From contig NZ_JAVKNB010000011.1 of assembly GCF_031537875.1 (NCBI RefSeq), positions 51,329-115,328 of the forward strand: DNA of 64,000 bases, given 5' to 3'. The notes beneath the pieces are model-generated. The model did not search any database. It had not been told where the DNA came from and worked only from the letters and a program-made list of their open reading frames with translations. Shown piece after piece: positions 1-9,666 of this stretch. This DNA is from Flavobacterium sp. GTDB lineage: Bacteria > Bacteroidota > Bacteroidia > Flavobacteriales > Flavobacteriaceae. Numbering within the stretch: position 1 is the first letter of the stretch; each line of letters begins with the position of its first letter. A program made the translations under genes and the position numbers.

Positions 1-1
1 T

Positions 2-61
2 AAAGCTGCAATATTAAACCAAAATGACTTTATTCCTTGGAAACGTGGAGTATCTTTATAA
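2..61 (+). CDS. 3' end of an unidentified gene entering from the left edge (19 codons: KAAILNQNDFIPWKRGVSL*)
   Basis: Only frame open from the window edge. It stops at TAA 59-61 and is followed by a hairpin terminator. Too short to identify. Confidence 0.25.
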   Translation, partial: KAAILNQNDFIPWKRGVSL

Positions 62-81
62 GGGATATGTAGATGGTATAA

Positions 82-107
82 AAAAAGGAGCTTTTATGCT
101 CCTTTTT
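82..107. terminator. Bidirectional hairpin terminator (AAAAAGGAGC-TTTTAT-GCTCCTTTTT)
   Basis: GC-containing stem flanked by an A-run and a T-run, between the upstream + gene fragment and the 3' end of the - strand LacI gene. Confidence 0.6.
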
Positions 108-1136
108 TTATGTGTTTTTTCTATTGGAAGATTTTCGGGTCAGTAATTCTGGCACCAAAACTACTTTCTTCTCGATTTTTAAATTATCGTTATTATTGAT
201 TTGTTCTAGAAACACTTTTGCTGCCATTTTTCCCATTTCCATTGGAGACTGATCAACTGAAGAAATAGATAATTCCATGAATTTTGTAAAAGGTTCGTTA
301 CCAAAGCCTACTACACAAAAATCTCTTGGAATATCCATCCCTTGTTCTTTCAATTCTTGTATGGCTCCTAATCCTGCAAAATCACTCGAAGAGAAAATGG
401 CATCAGGTGGAGTTTCTTGTAATAATAACGTTTTGGCCGCATTAATTCCAGCATCAACATTACTTTTTGTTCTTAAAACGTATTCTTCTTTGAAAGGAAT
501 ATTGTGATCAACAAGAGCTTGTTTGTATCCTTTGTATCGATTTTGATAAATTTCTAAAGATTGATCCCCGGCAAGATGAGCGATTTTTGTACAGCCTTCT
601 TCGATGAGGTGCTTGGTAGCAAGATAACCTCCTTCAAAGTCATTAATGGTAACAGAACTAACTCCATCAACATTCATTTTTCTATCAAAAAACACCAACG
701 GAACTTTTTCGCTTAAAACCCGTTTAATCACATGCTCGTTTTCTGAACTCACATTTGAAATAGACATTAGAATTCCGTCAACTTGAGCATTTAATAATGT
801 GTTGATATTTTCAATTTCTCTTTTTTCGTCTTCATGTGTTTGACAAATGATAACATGATAGCCTTCGGGGTGTAATTCTTCTTCAATTCCACGAATAACC
901 GAGGCGAAAAAGTTACTATCAATTCTAGGTACAATTACACCAACATTATTGCTTTTTCCGCTGCGTAGTGCTTGGGCCAGTTTATTTTGTTTGTAATTCA
1001 TTTTGGCTGCGGTGTCTAGAACAAGCTGTCTAGTTGCAGGGCTAATTTTTGGATTGTTGTTTAAAGCTCTTGAAACAGTGGCAGCTGTTATGTCAAGTTT
1101 TTTAGCAATATCATAAATAGTAACTTTTTCTATCAT
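108..1136 (-). CDS. LacI-family transcriptional regulator (likely pectin/galacturonate PUL repressor)
   Basis: N-terminal HTH TIYDIAKKLDITAATVSRALNN plus a periplasmic-binding-protein-like sugar-binding core. Divergent from the PUL, with palindromic operators in the shared intergenic region. Confidence 0.9.
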   Translation of the reverse strand: MIEKVTIYDIAKKLDITAATVSRALNNNPKISPATRQLVLDTAAKMNYKQNKLAQALRSGKSNNVGVIVPRIDSNFFASVIRGIEEELHPEGYHVIICQTHEDEKREIENINTLLNAQVDGILMSISNVSSENEHVIKRVLSEKVPLVFFDRKMNVDGVSSVTINDFEGGYLATKHLIEEGCTKIAHLAGDQSLEIYQNRYKGYKQALVDHNIPFKEEYVLRTKSNVDAGINAAKTLLLQETPPDAIFSSSDFAGLGAIQELKEQGMDIPRDFCVVGFGNEPFTKFMELSISSVDQSPMEMGKMAAKVFLEQINNNDNLKIEKKVVLVPELLTRKSSNRKNT

Positions 1137-1197
1137 CTCAAAAATTAGTGTAATTGGTTGGTAAATGTAACAAAAAAATAAAACATACTATTTTTAA

Positions 1198-1211
1198 TGT
1201 TATCGATTACA
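1198..1211. promoter_or_regulatory. LacI-type operator, imperfect palindrome TGTTATCGATTACA
   Basis: 13/14 match to the perfect palindrome at 1384-1397. Lies proximal to the lacI-family gene start. Confidence 0.55.
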
Positions 1212-1353
1212 ATTTTAGCTTTTTAAAATTAAAATTGCAACAATGAGGTTTAATTGCAAATAGTAAATGTATAGGTTAAAGCATTTAATTCAACTATTAG
1301 TCATAATAAATAGTCGATTTAAATTTTATTTATGTTTTTTTTCTCACTTTTTT

Positions 1354-1383
1354 TTGTTTATTTCAAATTTATTATTACGTTTG
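1354..1383 (+). promoter_or_regulatory. Bacteroidota sigma-A promoter for the PUL (TTG -33, 19-nt spacer, TACGTTTG -7)
   Basis: TTG at 1354-1356, exactly 19 nt, then TACGTTTG at 1376-1383. This matches the TTG/TAnnTTTG consensus. It sits ~45 nt upstream of the GH28 ATG. Confidence 0.6.
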
Positions 1384-1397
1384 TGTAATCGATTACA
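1384..1397. promoter_or_regulatory. LacI-type operator, perfect 14-bp palindrome TGTAATCGATTACA
   Basis: Perfect palindrome with a central CG, fitting the generic LacI/CcpA operator TGWAANCGNTNWCA. It directly abuts the -7 box and so covers the predicted TSS. Confidence 0.7.
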
Positions 1398-1428
1398 TTG
1401 TTGTTGCACTCGGAATCGTTTATAATTT

Positions 1429-2874
1429 ATGACTATGCTTCATTCTATTAAAATAATTAAACTAACAAAAGTAAATCCAGCAACTATTTTTTTGTTGCTA
1501 TTTGCTCTGCCTGTTTTGTGTCAAAATGAAGTGACAGCTAGTGCGTCTTGGGCAAAATTGCCTTCGATTCTTGAGACAATTAAGGAGCCTGTTTTTAAAA
1601 ATAAAATTTATAATATTCTTGATTTTGGAGCTAAGTCGGGAGGGGTTGTTGACAACACACGGGTTTTTGTAAAAGCCATCCAAAAATGCACAAAAAATGG
1701 AGGGGGTATGGTATTAGTGCCAGCTGGGAAATATTTCACCGGACCTATATATTTAGATGATAACGTAAATCTGCATTTAGCCGAAGGGGCTGAAATTTTA
1801 TTTACTACAGACTCAACGGTTTATCCAATAGTGCATACCTCATTTGAAGGAACTGAATTAATGAATTATTCTCCTTTAATTTATGCTTATAACAAACATA
1901 ATGTGGCTGTAACGGGCAAAGGGACTTTGAATGGTCAAGGAAGTAATGATAAATGGTGGTCATGGTGTGGAAAAGATAGTTATGGATGGAAAAAAGGAAC
2001 ACCAGATCAAAAAGATGATGTTACTAGATTAATGGATATGGCAGAAAAAGGAGTTCCTATTGCTGAAAGAATTTTTGGTAAAGGACATTTTTTGCGACCT
2101 AATTGTATAGAATTTTTTGAATGTAATCAGGTGTTGCTTCAAGGAGTTCAAATTGTAAATACTCCTTTTTGGGTGATTCACCCAATAAAGTCCTCAAATG
2201 TAATTGTTGATGGTGTAACTATTAAAAGTCATGGTCCTAATAATGATGGCTGTGACCCTGAATATTCTAAAAATGTTTGGATCAAGAATACCACTTTTGA
2301 TACTGGAGACGATTGTATTGCAATTAAATCGGGTAGAGATAATGATGGTCGACGTGTTGCTATAAAAAGCGAGAATATTATTGTGCAAGATTGTAAAATG
2401 TATGATGGACACGGTGGAGTAACCATTGGTAGTGAAATTTCAGCAGGTGTTAGTAATGTCTATGTTGAAAACTGCTTGATGGATAGTCCTGAACTTGATA
2501 GAGCCATTCGAATTAAATCTAATTCAAGAAGAGGAGGATTAGTCGAAAATGTATTCGTACGTAATATTAAAGTGGGAGAAGTGAAAGAATCGGTTCTTGG
2601 AATTGATTTGTTTTATGGAGTACATGGTAATCAAACGGGAACTTTTATGCCTCAAGTTCAAAATATTTTCATAGAAAATAGTACGGTTAAAAATGGTGGA
2701 CTCTATGGTGTTTTAGCTAAAGGGCATAAAGGTTATCCAATTAAAAATATTCGATTTAAAGACGTTACTATTGATAAAGTAGAGACTGAATATGCAATTG
2801 AAAATGTAGAAAATTTAAAATTTGTGAATACCTATATCAACGGGTCTTTGATGGAAAGTCCCAAAAACCAATAA
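1429..2874 (+). CDS. Glycoside hydrolase family 28 (polygalacturonase / exo-poly-alpha-galacturonosidase), secreted
   Basis: All four GH28 motifs are present: NNDGCDP (NTD), GDDCIAIKSG (DD), GHGGVTIGSE (GHG) and RIKS (RIK). Has an N-terminal signal peptide. Confidence 0.92.
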   Translation: MTMLHSIKIIKLTKVNPATIFLLLFALPVLCQNEVTASASWAKLPSILETIKEPVFKNKIYNILDFGAKSGGVVDNTRVFVKAIQKCTKNGGGMVLVPAGKYFTGPIYLDDNVNLHLAEGAEILFTTDSTVYPIVHTSFEGTELMNYSPLIYAYNKHNVAVTGKGTLNGQGSNDKWWSWCGKDSYGWKKGTPDQKDDVTRLMDMAEKGVPIAERIFGKGHFLRPNCIEFFECNQVLLQGVQIVNTPFWVIHPIKSSNVIVDGVTIKSHGPNNDGCDPEYSKNVWIKNTTFDTGDDCIAIKSGRDNDGRRVAIKSENIIVQDCKMYDGHGGVTIGSEISAGVSNVYVENCLMDSPELDRAIRIKSNSRRGGLVENVFVRNIKVGEVKESVLGIDLFYGVHGNQTGTFMPQVQNIFIENSTVKNGGLYGVLAKGHKGYPIKNIRFKDVTIDKVETEYAIENVENLKFVNTYINGSLMESPKNQ

Positions 2875-2914
2875 TCAAAACAAAACCAATTAATAACTAA
2901 CAAACAATTAAATT

Positions 2915-5900
2915 ATGAGTATTAGATGTTTATTTAAAAAAGGAGCTAAGAGCAGTTTTTCCTTTTTTGTTTTTATGTGCTTGCTGTTAGGGCAAAGTAC
3001 ATTTGCTCAGCAGACTCCTTTAAGTGGAGTTGTTCTTGATGAAACAGGACAACCAATGCCTGGGGTTAACATTATTGAAAAAGGAACAAAAAACAGTGCT
3101 TCAACTGATTTTGATGGAAAATTCTCTATCAAATTAAATTCTAATAAATCAACTTTAGTAGTAAGCTATATTGGTTATCAAGACCAATCAGTTAATGTAG
3201 CTGGAAAAAGTACTATTAAAATTTCTTTAGTTTCTCAATCGCAAAATTTACAAGAAGTGGTTGTGGTTGGATATGGTAAAGTTAAGAAGACAGATCTTAC
3301 GGGTTCTGTAGGTTCAATAAGTGCTGCCGCTATTACAGAGAGAAATTTAACAGGTCCAATGGAAGCGATGCAAGGAGCTGTTTCTGGTGTTCAAATTTCA
3401 AATGCAACAGGACGTTTAGGAGACTCTTTTAATATTACTATTAGAGGAAAAAACTCAATGAATCCTGATTCTAAACCATTATATGTGGTTGATGGTGCGC
3501 CAACAGATAATATTGATTTCTTAAATCCACAAGATATTGCTCGTATTGACATATTGAAAGATGCTTCATCTACTGCGATTTATGGTTCAAGAGGATCTAA
3601 TGGTGTTGTAATTGTAACTACAAAAGGCGGTGGAACTGTAAAATCTAGTATGTCTGTTACTTACGATTCTTTCGTAGGTCAAAAAGATGTGACAAGATTA
3701 CCAACTATGATGGATGGTCCTACGTGGTGGGCATACCATCAAGCTGCTTATTTTTCTTCAACTACGACAACTCCAGCTTTATTAGCTGCAGGTATTTTTG
3801 GTAATCCAAGTACAAGTCCATTATTAGCTACAAGAATTGCAAATAATGAAACATTTGATTGGTATGGAGCAGTATTGAAAAGTGGTTTACAACAAAACCA
3901 TTATGTGTCTGTAGCTGGAAGAACAGATGGAGGAGTATCGTATAATTTAGGTTTAGGTTTACAAAAAGAAACTGGAAACATTCCAAATGAATCATTAGAT
4001 AAATATTCATTTAAATTAGGGTTGAATCATAAAATCAATGATAAATTTTCTGTTGGAGCTAATATTACAATAGCGAGAACAGAACAAGAACAAGGAAGTG
4101 CTATTGCAATGCAAGAAGCATTTAGATTAAGTCCATTTTACACTCCTTATGCATTAGATGGTAGTTTGTTTTTAATGCCAGGTAAATTAACAGATGCGAA
4201 TGGTGTTTCTTTAATTAATAAAACGAGTACAATCAATCCATTATTAGAGATGGCTAATTCATCTAATTCAACTAAAGGGTGGAATGGTGTTGGAAGCGTG
4301 TTTGCTGAGTATAAACCATTGACTTGGTTGACATTTAGATCAACGTACTCTGCAGGTTTAAATACTATGAAAAATGGTCAATCATGGGGAGCACTTACTC
4401 AAACGGGTGTTTCAAATGGAAATTTACCATCAGCTAGTGTGAATCAAAGTGAGAAATTCAACTACACTTGGGATAACCAATTCAATGTAGATTATGCTGT
4501 TAAAGATCATACTTTTAGTTTCTTAGGCTTACAAAGTATAAACTCAGCTAGATACGAAACATTATCAGCTAGTTCAGCTTATATGCCTTTTGATACAGGA
4601 ATTTATAATTTAGGATCTGGGAAACAATCTTCATTTAACTTAGGTTCTTCTTATGAAAAAAATACTTTAGCTTCGTTTGCGGGTCGTTTCAATTACGGAT
4701 ATAAAGGTCGTTATTTATTGACTATTTCAAATCGTTGGGATGGATCGTCTCGTTTTGCTGAAGGAAAAAAATGGGGTTCATTCCCATCAGCAGCTTTGGC
4801 TTGGAGAATTAGTGAAGAAGGATTCATGAAGAATTTTAATGCGGTTTCAGATTTGAAATTGAGAACTAGTTATGGTTATACAGGAAACAATATTATTCCA
4901 TCGTATTCTACTATTAATAAAGTGGATGTTCAAACGTATTATGATTGGAATGGAACTGCAGCTAATGGTTGGTTACAAGGTTCGCCAAGTAACAGTAATT
5001 TAGGTTGGGAGAAAACAAGAGAGATGAACGTAGGTTTGGATTTCGGATTTTTTAATAACAGAATTACAGGATCTGTAGATGTATATGATAGACTTTCTTC
5101 TAACTTATTGTTGAAACAAAAATTAGTAATCGAGAATGGTTTCTCTACTTATATCAACAATATTGGTTCAGTAAGTAATAGAGGGGTTGAGGTAGCTTTG
5201 ACTACTAAAAACATTAAAACTGATTTAGTGTCTTGGGAAACTACTTTCATGTTTACTAAAAACACTAATAAGATTAAATCTATTTATGATGATACTTCTA
5301 ATGACGTGGGTAATAACTTATTCATTGGTGAATCAATTGATGCGGTGTATAACTATAAATTTAACGGAATTGTTAGAGCAGGGGAAACCTATCTTGATGG
5401 GACTTTAAAAGAAGGAAATGCAAAAGTAGAGGATCATAATGGAGATGGTAAAATTACTACAGCAGATAGATATATCATTGGTAATTCAAATCCAGACTGG
5501 ACAGGTAGTATTTCAACTCGTCTAAAAGTAGGTAACTTTGATTTGTCAGCTTCTGCTATTATAAGTCAGGGATCATTGGTATTGAGTCCATTTCATAAAA
5601 ACTTCACAGATTTATCTGATAGAGGAAGACAAAAAGCCAATATTGATTGGTATATGCCAGCCAATACAGCGGGACTTCCATTAAATACGGCTAGTAATTA
5701 TCCACAACCTAAAAATGAAGGAACGTATTGGGTAAATGATGGTGTTGGATATTACAGAGACGCGTCTTTTATAAAAATTAAAAATATTTCATTAGGTTAT
5801 ACTTTTAGCCAAAGTCTATTAGATAAATTGAAATTAAAAGGATTAAGAGTGTATACTAATGTATTAAACCCATTTGTAATTACTAAATATGACGGATATG

Positions 5901-5983
5901 ATCCAGAGTGGGCAGGTGCAGCATTAGGAATTGGTCGTGTAGCCACTGTAACATATCAATTAGGTTTAAGTGTTAAATTTTAA
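2915..5983 (+). CDS. susC: SusC/RagA-family TonB-dependent outer-membrane transporter
   Basis: 1022 aa with a signal peptide and a carboxypeptidase-regulatory-like N-domain (GVVLDETGQPMPGVNI). Has the plug motif (VVVGYG ... DGAP ... IDILKDASSTAIYGSRGSNGVVIVTTK) and a C-terminal beta-barrel ending in F. Followed by SusD. Confidence 0.95.
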   Translation: MSIRCLFKKGAKSSFSFFVFMCLLLGQSTFAQQTPLSGVVLDETGQPMPGVNIIEKGTKNSASTDFDGKFSIKLNSNKSTLVVSYIGYQDQSVNVAGKSTIKISLVSQSQNLQEVVVVGYGKVKKTDLTGSVGSISAAAITERNLTGPMEAMQGAVSGVQISNATGRLGDSFNITIRGKNSMNPDSKPLYVVDGAPTDNIDFLNPQDIARIDILKDASSTAIYGSRGSNGVVIVTTKGGGTVKSSMSVTYDSFVGQKDVTRLPTMMDGPTWWAYHQAAYFSSTTTTPALLAAGIFGNPSTSPLLATRIANNETFDWYGAVLKSGLQQNHYVSVAGRTDGGVSYNLGLGLQKETGNIPNESLDKYSFKLGLNHKINDKFSVGANITIARTEQEQGSAIAMQEAFRLSPFYTPYALDGSLFLMPGKLTDANGVSLINKTSTINPLLEMANSSNSTKGWNGVGSVFAEYKPLTWLTFRSTYSAGLNTMKNGQSWGALTQTGVSNGNLPSASVNQSEKFNYTWDNQFNVDYAVKDHTFSFLGLQSINSARYETLSASSAYMPFDTGIYNLGSGKQSSFNLGSSYEKNTLASFAGRFNYGYKGRYLLTISNRWDGSSRFAEGKKWGSFPSAALAWRISEEGFMKNFNAVSDLKLRTSYGYTGNNIIPSYSTINKVDVQTYYDWNGTAANGWLQGSPSNSNLGWEKTREMNVGLDFGFFNNRITGSVDVYDRLSSNLLLKQKLVIENGFSTYINNIGSVSNRGVEVALTTKNIKTDLVSWETTFMFTKNTNKIKSIYDDTSNDVGNNLFIGESIDAVYNYKFNGIVRAGETYLDGTLKEGNAKVEDHNGDGKITTADRYIIGNSNPDWTGSISTRLKVGNFDLSASAIISQGSLVLSPFHKNFTDLSDRGRQKANIDWYMPANTAGLPLNTASNYPQPKNEGTYWVNDGVGYYRDASFIKIKNISLGYTFSQSLLDKLKLKGLRVYTNVLNPFVITKYDGYDPEWAGAALGIGRVATVTYQLGLSVKF

Positions 5984-5995
5984 ATAAGAAATCAA

Positions 5996-7639
5996 ATGAA
6001 AAAAACAATAGTATCCTTATCACTAGCACTTATTACATTAAGTTCTTGTAGTAATTTTATTGAAGAAGAAAATCTATCTACAGTAAGTGCTGATGCGGTT
6101 TATAAAACTGCTAATGGATTCGAATCATTAGTAAATGCTAATTATTCTGAATTGAGAGAAATATACGGTAACGAACCTTGGTTATTTGTTGCTGGAACCG
6201 ACTTATATGCTGATGGTAAAAACTTGGAACCAGTTGGATTGGGTCAGTATAAATTATTAAGTCCTTCTTCACCTAATGTTGGTTATTTGTATACAGAAGG
6301 ATTTAAAGCCATACAAAAAGCAAACATGGGATTGTATTATAGTGACTTGACTGCTACAACTACTACATTACCAGCAAGAAAAGGGGAATTAAAATTTCTT
6401 CGTGCACATGCTTACTTTTTATTAGTACAAACCTATGGTGGAGTGCCTATAATTAAAGATTATAATCCTAGTCCAATTTTGTCTTATGATAGAAATACTG
6501 CAGCAGAGGTGTATGATTTTATCGAGAGTGATTTAGTTGCTGCTATAGCAGCACTACCTACTGGATCTTATACAGGGCGCGCAAATAAAAGAGCTGCCCA
6601 AGATTTACTAGCTAAAGTATATTTAACTAGAGGGTATGAAAGTTTTGCTAAATCAACGGATTTTGCAAATGCGGCAAGTTTTGCTGATCAAGCAATTGCT
6701 AGTCAAGCCTTAACCTTAGCCAATAATTCATGGATGCCAGGAACTGATATGAATGCAGAAACTATTTTTTCTGTTCAGTTTGACCCATCTTCTGTAACGG
6801 CAGATCCACAAAAATCAGGAAATGCTCAAGGAAGTTATTTTAGTTCATATTTAGGAGGAGCTGAAGTAGCAGGAAAAGCGCCTTATAAAGCGAATACTTT
6901 GCTTCCTACTAGTTATGCGATTTCATTATATGATCAAGGAGATAAAAGATGGGAAGGTACTTTTATGACTGAAATCTATGAAAGATATTATGATTTTTAT
7001 GATGTAGCAGATAAAAGTACAATAAAAGTAAAACACTTTTTTGCACCTAAATGGTTTACTGCTGCTGATAAAACAGCTTATGAGGCGGCCTTAACTGCAG
7101 CAGGAAGAAAAGCAACTGGATATACATATCATGCTTATGGAACTTATGGAGCGACTTCTACAACTCCAGATTATGGAGGCATTCCAGTGCGTAAATTTGA
7201 TGATCCAAAAGCACCTTTTGCTACTAGTGCCTCTGCACCAAGAGTGAGTACACGTGATTTAATTGTTTCAAGATTATCTGACACTTACCTAATAGCTGCT
7301 GAAGCTTATTTTAAAGCAGGTAATACTGCAACAGCTTTAGCTAGATTGAACGCAGTAAGAACAAGATCTTCTGCAGCAGCAGCTACTACTTTGACTATTG
7401 ATTACATTTTAGATGAAAGAGCAAGAGAAATGTTAGGTGAATACAACAGATGGTTTGATTTGAAACGTACGGGTAAATTGGTTGAAAGAGCTTCTTTATA
7501 TCATTATAAAATTGCTGCTAATGGTGGTGCAGCTAGTTTTGTAGGAACAGGTGGAGCGCTTAAAATTTTAAGACCAATACCTCAGGATGCAATTGACTTG
7601 AATCAAAACAAAAATTTCCCACAAAACCCTGGGTATTAA
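5996..7639 (+). CDS. susD: SusD/RagB-family nutrient-binding outer-membrane lipoprotein
   Basis: Lipobox LSSC. Typical SusD C-terminal block ILDERAREMLGEYNRWFDLKRTG. Lies immediately downstream of SusC. Confidence 0.93.
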   Translation: MKKTIVSLSLALITLSSCSNFIEEENLSTVSADAVYKTANGFESLVNANYSELREIYGNEPWLFVAGTDLYADGKNLEPVGLGQYKLLSPSSPNVGYLYTEGFKAIQKANMGLYYSDLTATTTTLPARKGELKFLRAHAYFLLVQTYGGVPIIKDYNPSPILSYDRNTAAEVYDFIESDLVAAIAALPTGSYTGRANKRAAQDLLAKVYLTRGYESFAKSTDFANAASFADQAIASQALTLANNSWMPGTDMNAETIFSVQFDPSSVTADPQKSGNAQGSYFSSYLGGAEVAGKAPYKANTLLPTSYAISLYDQGDKRWEGTFMTEIYERYYDFYDVADKSTIKVKHFFAPKWFTAADKTAYEAALTAAGRKATGYTYHAYGTYGATSTTPDYGGIPVRKFDDPKAPFATSASAPRVSTRDLIVSRLSDTYLIAAEAYFKAGNTATALARLNAVRTRSSAAAATTLTIDYILDERAREMLGEYNRWFDLKRTGKLVERASLYHYKIAANGGAASFVGTGGALKILRPIPQDAIDLNQNKNFPQNPGY

Positions 7640-7680
7640 TTCTAATATAAATGTTTAGATAATTTTTAAGTTTGTTTTAT

Positions 7681-7718
7681 GGGGGACTGATTAGTGATAA
7701 TCAAGTCCCCCTTTTTTT
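7681..7718 (+). terminator. Intrinsic terminator after susD
   Basis: GGGGGACTGATTA...TAATCAAGTCCCCC long hairpin followed by T7. Confidence 0.8.
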
Positions 7719-7763
7719 ACTAAACACGAGTGTTAAAAACAATATTTATTTTAAATTTATAAA

Positions 7764-8672
7764 ATGAAAAAAGTTTACTATTTAATTTTGATTTTTGGAT
7801 TGTGTTTTTACGATGTAAATAGTCAAAATCTAGTAGACACTTCTTATACTATTCAAAGTACGTTTGCAAAAGACAGAAAAAAATTTCCATTTATACAGAT
7901 TGCTAAGGTTTATAAAGATAAAAGAGTTGTTGAAGAACAAGAAATCGTTTACAAAGAAATAGATTCAAGAGGGTTGCATCTAGATGCCTTTTATAAAAAA
8001 TCAAAAAAGCTCAATCCTGCTGTGGTTTTAGTTCATGGAGGAGGATGGAAGTCAGGGAATAAATCCCAAATGGAATCTTTAGGAAATGCAATGGCGACTA
8101 AAGGCTATTCTTGTTTTGCGGTTGAATATAGATTGTCACCTGAAGCCCAATATCCCGCAGCGGTGCTAGATATTAAAGAGGCGATTCAGTTTATACGAAT
8201 GAATGCTTTGAAATATAATGTTGATGGGACTAAAATAGCTGTACTAGGTTGTTCGTCAGGGGGGCAATTAGCGGCTTTGATTGGAACAACTAATTCAACT
8301 TCCACATCAAGTGTACAAGCAATTATTGATATGGATGGTATATTGGCGTTTAAGCATCCAGAATCGCAAGAAGGTAAAGTCGCAAGTTTGTGGCTCGGGG
8401 GAGATTATGAAAGTATACCCGAAATTTGGAAAGAGGCATCGGCTTTAACTCATGTTGATCAAAATACGCCGCCTATTTTGTTTATCAATAGCGATATGCC
8501 TCGCTTTCATGCAGGGCGAACCGATATGATTGAAATATTAAATAAATATAATATTTATAATGAGGTAAAAACCATTCCGAATGCACCCCATTCTTTTTGG
8601 TTTTTTGATCCTTGGTTTGCAACAACAGTAGATTATTCGGTTCAGTTTCTGAATAGAATTTTCAATAAATAA
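7764..8672 (+). CDS. Secreted alpha/beta-hydrolase esterase (fold-3 / CE10-like; probable pectin or oligosaccharide deacetylase)
   Basis: HGGGW oxyanion-hole motif and a GCSSGG nucleophile elbow (GxSxG). Has a signal peptide and PUL context. Confidence 0.8.
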   Translation: MKKVYYLILIFGLCFYDVNSQNLVDTSYTIQSTFAKDRKKFPFIQIAKVYKDKRVVEEQEIVYKEIDSRGLHLDAFYKKSKKLNPAVVLVHGGGWKSGNKSQMESLGNAMATKGYSCFAVEYRLSPEAQYPAAVLDIKEAIQFIRMNALKYNVDGTKIAVLGCSSGGQLAALIGTTNSTSTSSVQAIIDMDGILAFKHPESQEGKVASLWLGGDYESIPEIWKEASALTHVDQNTPPILFINSDMPRFHAGRTDMIEILNKYNIYNEVKTIPNAPHSFWFFDPWFATTVDYSVQFLNRIFNK

Positions 8673-8694
8673 GTATCATAATTAAAATTATATA

Positions 8695-9663
8695 ATGATG
8701 AAAATCCAACAAATTACACTAGTGTTATTTTTAAGTTTAGCTTCGATGAAGTCAAACGAAGTATTTAGTCAAACGGCTCAATCTAAAATCTATGCTGAAG
8801 TTTCGGTTAAAGAAGGGGGAAAATGGGAAGGAAGGAAGTACATAGGAGGGACATTTAAAAATGTTCAAAGATTGAAATTAGCAACAGAACATACCGATCA
8901 TTCGTTTGATATTCGCTACGAAGGACCAGGTTGGGAAAGTAATAAAATTGGATATCGATTGTATTTGGATTGGCGTAATGCGATTGATATTTTTGGTAAA
9001 AAAACAGAAAAAATTGTTTTGCCACAAGTGGGTCAAGACGGTTTTGATTCCTATCATGAAATGAGTGATTGGGGAGCAGATATTTTGAAGGCGGGAAAAG
9101 GAATCGGAATAGGTTCGATTGATCGTTATTTGAATAAGGAAAGACTGCATTTTTATGAGGTAGATTCAACCATTGCTACCGTTGCTAATACACCTAAAAA
9201 TTCAGTAGTAAAAGTGCAGTACTATGGTTGGAAAACAGCTTCAGATAAAATTGATTTTACCTCTGAATTGACTATTCAACCGAATCAACGGTATACACAA
9301 CATACCATCCACCCATCAAAAGCAATTGAAGGAATTTGTACAGGAATTGTAAAACAAAAAAATACAGAACTACTCCAAAAAGAAAGTCAAAATAAAAAAT
9401 GGGCTTACATTGCAACGTATGGAACTCAATCTTTGGTTCCAGATCAATTAGGGATGGCTATTTTTTATCAAACCAATTCAGTTGAGAATATAGTTGATGC
9501 TGAATTCGATCATCTTTTACTATTCAAACCTACGACAAAAGTGGTTGATTTTTATTTCTTGGGGGCATGGGAACAGGAGCCTAATGGAATTAAATCAAAA
9601 GAAGCGTTTGTAAAATATTTAGAGGAAAGATTGAAAACTTTGGAAAAAAATAATAAAATGTAA
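8695..9663 (+). CDS. DUF4861-like secreted protein of unknown function
   Basis: Signal peptide. Sequence resembles the DUF4861 family that accompanies GH88/GH105 genes in Bacteroidota uronate PULs. Recognised by eye only. Confidence 0.6.
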   Translation: MMKIQQITLVLFLSLASMKSNEVFSQTAQSKIYAEVSVKEGGKWEGRKYIGGTFKNVQRLKLATEHTDHSFDIRYEGPGWESNKIGYRLYLDWRNAIDIFGKKTEKIVLPQVGQDGFDSYHEMSDWGADILKAGKGIGIGSIDRYLNKERLHFYEVDSTIATVANTPKNSVVKVQYYGWKTASDKIDFTSELTIQPNQRYTQHTIHPSKAIEGICTGIVKQKNTELLQKESQNKKWAYIATYGTQSLVPDQLGMAIFYQTNSVENIVDAEFDHLLLFKPTTKVVDFYFLGAWEQEPNGIKSKEAFVKYLEERLKTLEKNNKM

Positions 9664-9666
9664 ACG

